A stretch of 48,821 bases of DNA from Gemmatimonadales bacterium (GCA_013820855.1 JACDHV010000002.1:1-48821), one strand, 5' to 3'. Counted from the first letter of the stretch, positions 32,699 through 43,100 are shown. Notes: generated by a model not told the origin, from the sequence alone. Translations and numbers: made by a program.

Positions 32699-33936
32699 GC
32701 GAGGAACAGCGCTACCGGTCACGCACCCCCGCGTCGGCCCGCTACTTCGAGGAGGCCCGGCGCTACCTTCCCGGCGGCGATTCCCGCAGCACGCTCTTCT
32801 ATCCGCCCTATCCCGCCGTGCTCGACCGCGGTGAGGGTTGCCGGCTGGTGGATCTGGACGGGAATCGCCTGCTGGACTTCACCGGCAACCACTCCGTGCT
32901 GGCCCATGGGTATCTCGAGCCCGCCGTGATGCTGGCGATCCGGCGGCAGCTCGAGCGGGGCTCGTGCTTTCCCGGTCCTACCGAGCCGCAGCTGCGGCTC
33001 GCGCGGCACCTGGTGGAGCGGGTCGGCTCGCTCGAGCGGGTGCGCTTCACCAACTCGGGAACCGAAGCGGTGATGATGGCGCTCCGCGCCGCACGGACGT
33101 TCACCGGCCGTCGCAAGGTCGCGAAGCTCGAGGGCGGCTATCACGGCACCTCGGAGGACGTGACGGGTACCACCCACCCTGAATTGGTCCTCCTGCCCGC
33201 GAACGATGCCGGGGGCGCGGTCGCGATCCTCGAGCGCGAGGCCCGGGAGCTCGCCGCCCTGCTGGTCGAGCCCGTCCAGGGCTCGGCCGGGATGATCCCG
33301 CTCGATGCGGGGGTGCTGCGCGCGCTGCGTGAGGCCACCCGCCGGCTAGGCATCGTGCTGGTCTTCGATGAAGTCGTGAGCCTGCGAATCGCGTACGGCG
33401 GGGCTGAGGAACACTACGGGGTCTCGCCCGACATGACCTGTCTCGGCAAGGTGGTCGGCGGCGGGCTTCCACTCGGCGCGTTCGGCGGGCGGGAGGACAT
33501 CATGTCGCTCTTCGATCCCTCGCTCGGGCCGCCGGCCGTCCCCCACCCGGGCAGCTACAACGCCAACCCGGTGAGTCTGGCGGCGGGGCTCGCAACCCTG
33601 GAGCTGCTCACCCGCGACGTGATCGAGCGACTCAACCTGCTGGGGGCTCGGTTGCGGTCGGAGCTGAAGCGGGCCTTCGACGAGGCGGGAGTTCCGGCCG
33701 CGATCACCGGACTCGGCTCGCTGTTCGGAATCCATGCGACCGACGGGCCGGTCCGTACCATCCGCGACGCCGCGCGCGGGAACGCGGAGCTGCGGCATCG
33801 AATCTTTCTGGGGCTGTACAACGAGGGGGTGCTGGTGGACCCTCGCGGCGTCGGGACGCTCTCCACGGCGATCGGGGAAGCGGAGATCGAGCGCCTGCTG
33901 GAGGCGGTCCGTACGGTGCTCTCACGAAACCGGTAG
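32695..33936 (+). CDS. Class-III (glutamate-1-semialdehyde aminomutase-like) PLP aminotransferase
   Basis: (M)SEEQRYRSRTPASARYFEEARRYLPGGDSRS...NSGTEAVMMALRAAR...FDEVVS.RIAYGGAEE...CLGKVVGGGLPLGAFGGR. 413 aa. Confidence 0.9.
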   Translation: MSEEQRYRSRTPASARYFEEARRYLPGGDSRSTLFYPPYPAVLDRGEGCRLVDLDGNRLLDFTGNHSVLAHGYLEPAVMLAIRRQLERGSCFPGPTEPQLRLARHLVERVGSLERVRFTNSGTEAVMMALRAARTFTGRRKVAKLEGGYHGTSEDVTGTTHPELVLLPANDAGGAVAILEREARELAALLVEPVQGSAGMIPLDAGVLRALREATRRLGIVLVFDEVVSLRIAYGGAEEHYGVSPDMTCLGKVVGGGLPLGAFGGREDIMSLFDPSLGPPAVPHPGSYNANPVSLAAGLATLELLTRDVIERLNLLGARLRSELKRAFDEAGVPAAITGLGSLFGIHATDGPVRTIRDAARGNAELRHRIFLGLYNEGVLVDPRGVGTLSTAIGEAEIERLLEAVRTVLSRNR

Positions 33937-33946
33937 CAGGGCGGAG

Positions 33947-35485
33947 GTGAGCGGCCTGCCCGAGCGGCCTCTCTTCGCCGCCGCCCTCGTGCTGCCTCTC
34001 GCGGCGCTCAAGCTGGCCCTGCACCTGGCGGTCAATCTGCTGACGCCGTACGGCGTCCACAGGGACGAGTTGCTGTATCTCGGCATGGGTCGCCATCTCC
34101 GGATCTGGGAGATGGACTTCCCCCCGGCCATCGCCCTCGTCGCCGAAATCTCCCGGATCCTGCTGGGAGACTCTCTCACCGCGATTCGTTTCTTTCCCGC
34201 GGTGTTCGGCTGCGCGGTGCTGGTGCTCGCGGCGCTCATCGCGCGCGAGCTGGGCGGAGGCCGGGTGGCCCAAGGGCTGGCCGCGCTCTGCGTGCTCACC
34301 AGCCCGCTGTTTCTGCGATCCGCCAACCTCCTGCAGCCGGTCGTGATGGACCAGTTGACCTGGACCGCCGCACTCTACGTTCTGGTCCGGCTCTGCCGGG
34401 GTTACGGTCCGCGCGGCTGGCTCCTGCTCGGATTGGTGCTGGGGCTGGGCCTGCTTACGAAATTCAGCGTCGCATTCATCGGCGTCGCAATCGTGGTCGG
34501 CCTTCTCCTCTCGCCGCTCAGGGGCGCTCTGCTCACGCCATGGCCCTGGACCGGACTCGCATGTGCGCTCGTCGTCGGCGCCCCCAGCCTGGTCGGCCAG
34601 CTCCGGCTCGGATTCCCGGTGCTGGCGCAGATGGCCGAGCTGCGGGAGAGCCAGCTCGAGCGCGTCACCCCCGTGGGTTTTCTGCTCGGTCAGTTGCTCT
34701 GGGGCCCGGCCGTGCTCCTCGCCCTCGCCGGGCTCTACGGCCTGCTATTCAGCCCCGCACTGCGCCCCTTCCGGGTGATCGGGGTGACCTGCGCGGCGGC
34801 GTTCCTCATTCTCCTCATCCTTCAGGGGAAGCCCTACTACGCGGGGCCGCTGTACCCGACGCTTTTCGCGGCCGGCGGCTTCCTCGTCGAGCGGGCGGCG
34901 CGGGGCCTGGCCGCGGAGCTCCTTCAGGTCGGTGCCGTGGCCGTCCTCCTCGCCTTCGCCGTCGGCACGCTGCCGCTCGGCGTGCCGATCCTGCCGCCAC
35001 CGATCATGGCGGGCTATGCCCAGGCACTCGGCGTGGAGGCGGCGGTGAGAACCAATACGGGCGAGGTAGAGTCGCTGCCCCAGGACTATGCCGACATGCT
35101 GGGCTGGGAGGAGCAGGTGGCGGCTGTCGCGCGGGTGTATCACGCACTGCCGGCCGGGCAGCGCGAGCGCGCGGTGGTCGTCGCCGGGAACTACGGCGAG
35201 GCGGGGGCACTCGACTTCTACGGGCCCAAGTACGGGCTACCCGGGGTGGTGAGTCCCGCCGGCAGCTACTGGTTCTTCGGTCCGGGTGAGCGGCCGGGCG
35301 AGGTGGTGATCACCATCGGTATTTCGCGGGAGGACCTGCAGAAATTCTTCGACTCGGTGGAGACGGCCGCCACGGTGAGCCACCCCTGGGCGGTGTCGGA
35401 GGAGCGGCGCCTCGCCATCAACATCGGCACCGCGCCGCGCACCACCCTTCAGGAGCTGTGGCCGTCGCTGGCCGGGCAGAACTGA
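33947..35485 (+). CDS. ArnT/PMT-like glycosyltransferase family 39 membrane protein (start uncertain)
   Basis: Multi-pass membrane protein: ...RDELLYLGMGRHLRIWEMDFPPAIALV...GLLTKFSVAF.... GTG at 33947 is the first candidate start after the upstream stop. Confidence 0.8.
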   Translation: MSGLPERPLFAAALVLPLAALKLALHLAVNLLTPYGVHRDELLYLGMGRHLRIWEMDFPPAIALVAEISRILLGDSLTAIRFFPAVFGCAVLVLAALIARELGGGRVAQGLAALCVLTSPLFLRSANLLQPVVMDQLTWTAALYVLVRLCRGYGPRGWLLLGLVLGLGLLTKFSVAFIGVAIVVGLLLSPLRGALLTPWPWTGLACALVVGAPSLVGQLRLGFPVLAQMAELRESQLERVTPVGFLLGQLLWGPAVLLALAGLYGLLFSPALRPFRVIGVTCAAAFLILLILQGKPYYAGPLYPTLFAAGGFLVERAARGLAAELLQVGAVAVLLAFAVGTLPLGVPILPPPIMAGYAQALGVEAAVRTNTGEVESLPQDYADMLGWEEQVAAVARVYHALPAGQRERAVVVAGNYGEAGALDFYGPKYGLPGVVSPAGSYWFFGPGERPGEVVITIGISREDLQKFFDSVETAATVSHPWAVSEERRLAINIGTAPRTTLQELWPSLAGQN

Positions 35486-35623
35486 GTCCGGCGATCGCGG
35501 ACTGACGGGCGGGGCGGGCTCTGGTGCCGGCCGAGCACCTGACGCAGATTAGTCGAACGTCACTCCCCGAGAGTGCGATGAGACTCGGCAACCGATCGAT
35601 GAGCAAATCCTCCGAATTCTGGT

Positions 35624-36151
35624 ATGACTGGCGCTTTCCGCTGGTGGGCCCCCGCTGGTGGCTCGCCAGGATCAAAGGCCGCGCGTAGCTGCCTCCTCCC
35701 ATTCGCCCTTCTGGTACTCTCCGCCTGTGGCGCGCCGGCCATCAGGGCACCCGACCGCGTGGCCCCCTGGCTCCGCGAGGATCCCCAGCGTTGCCTGCTG
35801 ACGCGCGATCTCAGTGAGAACATGGAGGCGATGGCGCGACGGTGCGCCGAGGCCTTCGTGCGCCAGAACGGCTACACCGACCTTCCGGCGACCGAGGACT
35901 CCACCCGCTGGGTCCTCGAGGCCGGGGAGAAGGCCGTCTGGCCCCGGGTGCTCGCCTCCCGCGTCGGCAGCCTCGAGCGCGACGCCGCGACCGTCCAGTG
36001 CAGCATGCGTCAATGCGTCGTGTTCTTCCGGATCCGACGCATGCCGCTGCTCTGCGCCTACCGCATCGTCACCATGACGCAGGTGTTCACCAAGCTGCAT
36101 CTGGAGCCCGGCGGCATTCACGACGTGCGCTGCGACGAGCGCCGGGCCTAG
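35624..36151 (+). CDS. Hypothetical lipoprotein
   Basis: 175 aa with lipobox LLVLSAC. No family recognised. Confidence 0.6.
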   Translation: MTGAFRWWAPAGGSPGSKAARSCLLPFALLVLSACGAPAIRAPDRVAPWLREDPQRCLLTRDLSENMEAMARRCAEAFVRQNGYTDLPATEDSTRWVLEAGEKAVWPRVLASRVGSLERDAATVQCSMRQCVVFFRIRRMPLLCAYRIVTMTQVFTKLHLEPGGIHDVRCDERRA

Positions 36152-36229
36152 CGCCGGGTCAGTTCGGCGCCCGCCGGCGTCGGGGCCCCCGCCCGGAAAC
36201 GGACATCCCGGTCGCAGGTACGGACGAAC

Positions 36230-36753
36230 TCGTTCCCGCCGATCGTGCCGTCGGGACCGCTCAGCCCGATCGTGTACTACATGGAGAATCGGCGGCAGAT
36301 GCAGGCCGGGGAGATCGTATACTATGGATTACGGTTCGGACTGGGAGTACTACACCTCGGACATCACCCGTACGTGGCCGGTCTCGCGCGGCTTCACGGC
36401 GGAGCAGGAGAAGATGGACCGCTGCGTGCTCGAGGCCAGGAACGCCATCATCGCGGCGATGAAGCCCGGTGCCACGCTCACCACCTTGAAGGACGCGGCG
36501 GAGCAGGTCTACGCCCGCCACGGCTATCGCGACGAGTTTCTCGGCACCGGGCGCTACATCGTTCAACGTGGAGCCGATACTGCAGTCTCCCGAGCGGAGG
36601 ATCCATCTCCGGCTGGAGGACACCGTGGCACTGACCGAGAAGGGACCGGAAAACCTCACCGCCGCGGTGCCGGCGGACCTGGAGCCACTGTACGCACTGA
36701 TCCGGGAGAAGGGAGTGAACTCGGGCCCCGTGCCGCGGGCGACGAGCCGATAG
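36230..36753 (+). pseudogene. Relic of an M24 (Xaa-Pro aminopeptidase/creatinase-fold) peptidase
   Basis: Three successive frames read FPPIVPSGPLSPIVYYMENRRQMQAGEIV, then DYGSDWEYYTSDITRTWPVSRGFTAEQEKMDRCVLEARNAIIAAMKPG...HGYRDEF, then FNVEPILQSPERRIHLRLEDTVALTEKGPENLTAAVP. The N-terminal domain and the HG.GH...VHE metal-ligand segment are missing. Confidence 0.7.
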
Positions 36754-36778
36754 GCACCACCCGCCCAAACGCAGGCGG

Positions 36779-36826
36779 CCCCCGGGGGTCATACTGCTGG
36801 CCGCGACCCCGGGGACCGTATACTGC
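36779..36826. repeat. Two imperfect direct repeats, each a GC palindrome followed by ATACTGC
   Basis: CCCCCGGGGG-TC-ATACTGC (36779-36797) and CCCCGGGG-ACCGT-ATACTGC (36807-36826), about 75 nt upstream of the ATG at 36902. Confidence 0.5.
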
Positions 36827-36901
36827 GGTGGTGTTGCATTCATTCGGATGCAGGCAGCCTCGAAAAGGTTGCGCCGGACCCGTGACCGCTAGATTGCAGT
36901 C

Positions 36902-37147
36902 ATGCGGGAAGCCCGCCTTCGCCCAGAATTCGCCGATCTCTATCCCGAGCTGATCCCCGGCCAGTGGGAGCCCGCGTCGCGGATCGTCGAGGTGGTGCTC
37001 GCGCGGTTCCTCCTCCTCCAGCAGATGGCGTCGGATCCCATGGAGCGCGCGCTGCAGGAGTCCCATTTCGAGTTTCGGGGCGGCGCCGAGGAGCCCCCGC
37101 GCGCCAACCCGCGACGGCGGGTCGAGGATCACGCGGACGACCCGTAG
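36902..37147 (+). CDS. 81-aa hypothetical protein
   Basis: ATG-initiated ORF with no clear SD. A TAGATT hexamer 6 nt upstream could be a -10 element of a leaderless transcript. Confidence 0.4.
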   Translation: MREARLRPEFADLYPELIPGQWEPASRIVEVVLARFLLLQQMASDPMERALQESHFEFRGGAEEPPRANPRRRVEDHADDP

Positions 37148-37235
37148 GGACGAGTGTACTCCCGGAGGTCGGCCGCGAAAGGCGCGCGCCGACCCCGCCA
37201 TCTCGGTTTACGAACCTTATCCTGGCCGGCGATTC

Positions 37236-37766
37236 ATGGACGACCCGCGTTATCCCATCGGCCCGTTCGCTTTCGACGGTCTGCGGACGCCGGAGCTGCG
37301 CCGCGACCGTATCGCGCGCATCGCCGCGGCGCCGGCCAGGCTCCGCGCGGCGGTGACCGGCTTGACGGACGCGCAGCTCGACACGCCCTATCGCGACGGT
37401 GGCTGGACGGTGCGCCAGGTGGCGCACCACGTGCCGGACAGCCATCTCAATGCGTACACCCGCTTTCGGCTCACCCTGACCGAGCCGCAGCCGACCATCA
37501 AGCCGTACCTGGAGTCCCGCTGGGCCGAGCTTCCCGACGCCCGCGGCGCGCCGGTGGAGATGTCGCTGGCCCTGCTTGAGGCGCTGCACCTCCGGTGGGT
37601 CTTGCTGCTCCGAAGCCTCGAGTCCGTGGACTGGGAGCTGACCTACGTGCATCCGGAGCATGGCCGGGAGTGGTCGCTGGACGAAGCGCTCGCGATGTAC
37701 GCCTGGCACGGCGAGCACCACACCGCGCACGTCACCCGGCTCCGCGATCGCGAGGGGTGGCGATGA
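37236..37766 (+). CDS. YfiT/DinB-family putative metal-dependent hydrolase or thiol transferase
   Basis: 176 aa: ...YRDGGWTVRQVAHHVPDSHLNAYTRFRLTLTE...YAWHGEHHTAHVTRL. Confidence 0.85.
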   Translation: MDDPRYPIGPFAFDGLRTPELRRDRIARIAAAPARLRAAVTGLTDAQLDTPYRDGGWTVRQVAHHVPDSHLNAYTRFRLTLTEPQPTIKPYLESRWAELPDARGAPVEMSLALLEALHLRWVLLLRSLESVDWELTYVHPEHGREWSLDEALAMYAWHGEHHTAHVTRLRDREGWR

Positions 37767-37839
37767 CGACCCTGGCGGATCGCCGAACGGTGGTTCGGCG
37801 CCGCCGAGCGGCAGCTCAGCCCCGGTGAGGTCGCACCCC

Positions 37840-39060
37840 GTGAAGCCCGGTCGCGCGCTACCGGTGCTGCTGGCGGCGGCCTTAGCCCTGGGCTCGGGTC
37901 CGGCCGGCGCGCAGGGAGTTCCCGCCAGGGCGCGCGATCTGGGCATACCGCTCGAGGGCACGCCCGGCCGGCTGGACGCGATCACCGACGTGCCCGGCGT
38001 GACTGTAGGGCATGTGACGATCGTTCGGGGAGCGGGGAAGCTCGCGGTGGGAAAGGGTCCCGTCCGCACCGGCATTACGGCCGTGTTTCCGCGCGGGAAG
38101 GCCGATCTGGCTCCGGTCTTCGCCGGCTGGTTCAGTCTCAACGGCAACGGCGAGATGACCGGGACGGCCTGGGTCGACGATTATGGACTGTTGGCCTATC
38201 CCATCACCATCACCAACACAAACAGCGTAGGCACCGTGCGGGATGCGGTGATCGAGTGGGGCCGCACCCGGCTCTCCGACGCGTTCAACTGCTGTCTTCC
38301 CGTCGTGACCGAGACGTGGGACGGCGACCTGAACGACATCTACGGCTTCCACGTGACCAAGGGCCACGTATTCCGCGCCCTGGAGAGCGCGGTGCCAGGC
38401 CCCGTGCCCGAGGGCAACGTCGGCGGCGGCACCGGGATGAGCTGTCTGGGGTTCAAGGGCGGCATCGGTACCGCGAGCCGGCGGCTCTCCGACCGGGCCG
38501 GCGGCTTCACCGTCGGCGTGCTGGTGCAGTGCAACTTCGGCCAGCGGCGGCTGCTTCGAATCGCCGGCGTGCCGGTGGGGCAGGAGATCACGGAGCCTCG
38601 CCCCTGCTACGAGGGGCCGGGCCTCGACTCGGCGCGTGCAGCCGAGCGCTGCCCTACGGGCGTCACCCGCCCGGAAAAGGACCAGGGCTCCATCATCGCG
38701 GTGGTGGCCACCGACGCCCCGCTGCTGCCGCATCAGCTCCGCCGCGTGGCGCGGCGTGTAGCGCTCGGCATCGGCCGGATGGGCGGAATCGCGGGGGCCG
38801 GATCGGGCGATCTGTTCATCGCCTTCTCTACCGCGAGCACCGGCACACCTGGAGAGCACGGCGTCAGGCCGGTGCGGATGCTGGGTGAGGAATGGATCGA
38901 CCCGGTGTACGAGGCGACGGTGCAGGCCACCGAGGAGGCGATCATCAACGCGATGCTGGCCGCGAAGACCATGCGTGGCGCCGACGGATACGTGGTGCCG
39001 GCACTGCCGCACGATCGGCTCAAGGAAGTACTTCGGAAATACGGCAGGCTGGCGGACTAG
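37840..39060 (+). CDS. Intact DmpA/S58 (P1-family) aminopeptidase with a signal peptide
   Basis: GTG at 37840 (alternative 37825): (M)KPGRALPVLLAAALALGSGPAGAQG...ITDVPGVTVGH...GGGTGMSCLGFKGGIGTASRRL...VVATDAPLLPHQL...ALPHDRLKEVLRKYG. Confidence 0.9.
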   Translation: MKPGRALPVLLAAALALGSGPAGAQGVPARARDLGIPLEGTPGRLDAITDVPGVTVGHVTIVRGAGKLAVGKGPVRTGITAVFPRGKADLAPVFAGWFSLNGNGEMTGTAWVDDYGLLAYPITITNTNSVGTVRDAVIEWGRTRLSDAFNCCLPVVTETWDGDLNDIYGFHVTKGHVFRALESAVPGPVPEGNVGGGTGMSCLGFKGGIGTASRRLSDRAGGFTVGVLVQCNFGQRRLLRIAGVPVGQEITEPRPCYEGPGLDSARAAERCPTGVTRPEKDQGSIIAVVATDAPLLPHQLRRVARRVALGIGRMGGIAGAGSGDLFIAFSTASTGTPGEHGVRPVRMLGEEWIDPVYEATVQATEEAIINAMLAAKTMRGADGYVVPALPHDRLKEVLRKYGRLAD

Positions 39061-39176
39061 CGACCAGCCCATATCTGGCGGCGTCCTGCACGGGGTCGGC
39101 GGAGCCGGATTGTGGCGGCCCCGGCGGTCGGGCCCCACCTCCTGTGGCGATGCCGTGCACACCGGTCCCCCAACCG

Positions 39177-40028
39177 TCACCCTATCTGCACTCCTGCCAC
39201 CGGATGGAAGTCCCGCCACACCTCGCGGTATGGCTCCACCATCAGCTCCACGAACCGCTCCAGCGCCACCGGAAACGGGAAGCGCCGGCGGAACTCCAAG
39301 GCGGTGACGCCCAGCATTGCCCGCAGGTGCCTGCCGAAGCTCTGGGGGGAGGAGTACTCGAGCCGGTAGGCGACGTCGGCGACGGACATGCCGGAGGCCT
39401 CGAACAGATAGGCGGCGTGAAGCAGGCGGATGGCGGACAGATAGTTCTTGGGTGAGGGAAGCCCCGCCCGCGAGAACCGCGACATCAGGGTGCTCGGCCG
39501 CACGTAGAGCCGCTCGGCGAGGGCGGTGACCGTCGGCGTGTCGGGCGCGAGGCGGATCATGGCCTCGACGAAGAGCCGCGCGTCGGCCGGCGCCTCGGCG
39601 ATCGCCGCGAGGATGGGCCCCTGAATCCGGGATACCGCCCGCGTGGCCGGCTGGCCCACGACCTGGCGAAGCCGGTTCCAGCCGGTCGGGGAGGTGACAT
39701 CGACCACCTGCTGGACGCCGGAGGCGCCGAGCCTGAGCAGCATCTCGGTAGAGGACGGATCGTGCTGCGAGACCAGGGCGACGGTGGGGATCCCGGGAAA
39801 CTCGTGGACCAGATGCCGCACCGCCTCGACCTGCTCGGGCGGGCAGCGATGCACCGACAGGAGCACCGCGTCCACCGCCCGCTCCCGCACCACGCGCACG
39901 GCATCCGGCACCGAATCCCGGTGAACGACCGCGAAGCACCCGCTGCCCGCGGCGTCCACCCGCAGGCGCTCTCCGGGAAGAAGCACCGCGGCAACGGTGG
40001 TGGACGGGAGATCGGCGGTGGCGGGCAC
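39177..40028 (-). CDS. AraC-family transcriptional regulator with an N-terminal receiver-like domain
   Basis: 283 aa; GTG start. The C-terminal HTH region reads ...YVRPSTLMSRFSRAGLPSPKNYLSAIRLLHAAYLFEASGMSVADVAYRLEYSSPQSFGRHLRAMLGVTALEFRRR. Confidence 0.85.
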   Translation of the reverse strand: MPATADLPSTTVAAVLLPGERLRVDAAGSGCFAVVHRDSVPDAVRVVRERAVDAVLLSVHRCPPEQVEAVRHLVHEFPGIPTVALVSQHDPSSTEMLLRLGASGVQQVVDVTSPTGWNRLRQVVGQPATRAVSRIQGPILAAIAEAPADARLFVEAMIRLAPDTPTVTALAERLYVRPSTLMSRFSRAGLPSPKNYLSAIRLLHAAYLFEASGMSVADVAYRLEYSSPQSFGRHLRAMLGVTALEFRRRFPFPVALERFVELMVEPYREVWRDFHPVAGVQIG

Positions 40029-40064
40029 GGGATCCTCGATGCGATGGGTGCAAGAGGATGTATC

Positions 40065-40105
40065 TGAAACGTCAATCCGGGTTCAACCCGAAACGTCCTG
40101 AAACA
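40065..40105. promoter_or_regulatory. Three TGAAAC/GAAACGTC direct repeats in the AraC/kinase divergent region
   Basis: TGAAACGTC (40065-40073), GAAACGTC (40090-40097) and TGAAACA (40099-40105). A TATATT hexamer lies at 40161-40166, upstream of the kinase ATG. Confidence 0.35.
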
Positions 40106-40195
40106 CCGCCCCGAGCAACGTTTTTCGGCAGACGCGCATCAAACGGTGACCCCGGCTCGGTATATTCCTGACCCGTCACTCTCGACCGGTCCCAC

Positions 40196-43100
40196 ATGAG
40201 CCACCCGACGACCGACCCGTTCGAGGCCCTCCAGGCCGCGCTCGAGCCACAGTACCGGCTGGAGCGCGAGCTGGGACGAGGAGGGATGGGCGTCGTCTTC
40301 CTCGCGACCGACACCACACTCGACCGCCGGGTGGCCATCAAGGTGGTCCATCCCGAGCTCGCGGCGCATCCCTCCATCGTTCGCCGGTTCCTCGCCGAAG
40401 CCCGCACCATCGCCCGGCTTCGCCATCCCGGCATCGTCGCCGTCCACACCGCGGGCACGGCGCGGGGGCTCCTCTACTACGTCATGGACGAGGTAAACGG
40501 CGAGAGCCTGAGGCAGCGGCTGAGCCGGGAGGGGAAGCTGCGCGTCGACGACGTGAGGCGGATCGTGGCCGATCTAGCCGCCGCGCTCGATGCCGCCGGT
40601 CGGGCCGGGGTGGTGCACCGCGACGTCAAGCCTGAAAACGTGCTGCTCGAGGCCGGAAGCGGCCGTCCACTCCTGGCCGACTTCGGCATCGCGCGCGCGA
40701 TGGTGACGGAAGGGGCCTCGAGCACGGGCCAGGGCGTCGCGGTGGGCACGCCCAGTTACATGAGCCCGGAGCAGGCCGCCGGCGAGGAGGTGGACAGCCG
40801 GAGCGATCTCTACGGGCTCGGAGTCGTCGCCTACGAGATGCTGGCCGGCCATCCCCCATTCCAGGGCACCACCCGGGTGGTGGTCTCCAAGCACATCGCC
40901 GAGCGGCCGGTGCCGATCGAGCGGGTCCGGCCCGACTGCCCGAAGCCGCTGGCGGGCGCGGTCATGAAGGCGCTGGAGAAACACCCCGCCGAGCGCTGGC
41001 AGACCGGCGAGGAGCTGCGCCAGGCGGTGGCGGGAGAGCGCGCGCTGCCCCAGCGGCGCCCCGACCGGCGCACCGCCCTCGTGGCCGCCGCGGCGATCGC
41101 GCTGGCCGCGCTCGGCGCCACCGTCGGCCTCGCGCGACGCAGCGACGGCCCTCCGGCCGGGGTGAACCCGCGGCATTCGATCCTCGTGCTTCCGTTCGAC
41201 AACCTGCGCGACGATCCGGCCGTGGACTGGATGCGCGACGGGAGCGTCAGCATGCTCGGGCTCAACCTGTCGCAGTGGAACGACCTTACGGTCGTGGACC
41301 AGGAGCGGCTGCACGACCTCCTCGGCCGCCACGAGCTCGAGCCGGGCGAGGACATCGGGCTCGACATGGCCCGCCGCCTCGCCCGCGACGCGGGGGTGTG
41401 GACCGTCGTCCTGGGCGACTTCACGCGCGCGGGCGACTCGCTCCACCTCGCGGCGCGGGTGTACGACGTCGCCTCCGGCGCCCGGGTCAGCGTCGCCCGG
41501 GTGGACGACCGCGCGGGAGAGGATGCCCGCACGCTCTTCGACCAGCTCGCGGCCAAGCTGCTCGATCTCTCGGGCGCGCCGACCGACCTGCCGGTCGGGC
41601 TCGCCCGCTCGACCAGCCAGTCGCTCGAGGCCTACCGGGCCTATCTGGCCGGCGTGGACCGGCTCAACCGCTGGGATCTCGCGGGCGCCGAGCGCGATCT
41701 GAGCCGGGCGCTGGCGATCGACTCCTCCTTCGGGCTGGCCTACTACAAGCTCGCCCTGACCCGCGGCTGGCTGGTCGGCACCGATGATTCGGTGGCCGAC
41801 CGCGCCATCGTGCGGGCGACCGCGCTGTCCGCCAGGCTGCCCGAGCACGACCGCACCGTCATCAACGCCTATCGCGCATTCATCGGTGGCGAGTTCGTGG
41901 AGGCTCGGGATCTGTACCAGCGGCTCCTCACCCGCAACGGAGGCGACGCCGATGCGTGGTACGGGCTGGGTGAGGCCTGGTTCCACGACACCGCCGGTCC
42001 CGACAAGGCGCCGGCGTTCACCCAGGCGATCCGCGCCTTCCGGCGCGCCCTCGACCTCGACCCCGAGTACGCGCTCGCCTACGACCACGTGCAGTCCATG
42101 CTCGGCATGGCCGCGGAGGCGAGGCCCGAGTACGCCCTCGTGGCGACGGATTCCTTCGCCCTCGCAGCCGCGCCCAGCGGCCGGGCCCTGCTCGACAGCC
42201 TCGCCCTCCAGGCCGCAATCCGGCGGGCCCGGTCGGCGGGGCTCACGACTGCGCGCAACTGGGTCTCCACCCAGCCGAGCACGCTGCGGGCGCATGGCGC
42301 GATGGTGGACGCGTATCTGGCCTCGGGCAACTTCGACGCCGCATTGGGCGAGGTGGACCGCTTCCGCAACACGACTCCCGTCCACCCCGAGCTGCCGTTC
42401 GTCGAGGCCCGCATCCGGTTCGCCTCGGGCGACGTGGACCGCGCGGCCGAGCAGCTCCGGACGGCGCTGGACACCGTGGCGCCCCAGGATTTCTGGCCCT
42501 ATCAGGGCACCCCGACCGTCGTCTTCGACATCGCGGCGGCGGCGAACGTCTTCGCCTATCAGGGCGACCTCGCCAACGCGGCGAAGGCGCTCGACCTGGC
42601 CGACCAGGTGCGTCGCGAAGTGGTCAAGCACCCGGCGAGTGGACCGGAGGGTCACATGAACGAGAGCTGGCGCCGGGTGGTGCTGGGCCAGCTCTATGCG
42701 GGTGTCGGCGTGCCGGCCGCCTCGCTCCGCCAGGTCTGGCAGAGCGCCGCGGAAGCCGGCCGGATGGCGAAGCCGGACGCGCGGAAGCACCTCGTCCACA
42801 GCGGTGCGTCGGCCGCGATCGGCCTCTTCACCGGGCCGAGCGCGGACAGCACGGCGCTGGTCGAGTACCGGGCGATGACCGGCGAATCGTTCTCGCCCGA
42901 GGTGCGCGCGCTGCTGGCCCTGAGCCGGGGCGACTCCAGCGGCGCCCGCCGGATGCTCGGCGAGACCGACACGGTCTCTGCGGGCATGCCCAAGTGGACC
43001 GCGGGGCTCTACAACCGGCCGCTCGCGGCGCAGGCCTACTACCTCCTGGGCGACTACGACCGGACGCTCACCACGCTGCGCGACTTCGAGCCCGCGGCGC

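Noticed and set aside
40075-40095. CCGGGTTCAACCCG, a tRNA T-arm-like sequence.
   Set aside because: The loop is only 5 nt, and no acceptor, D or anticodon arms can be drawn around it. I saw no tRNA anywhere in the window.
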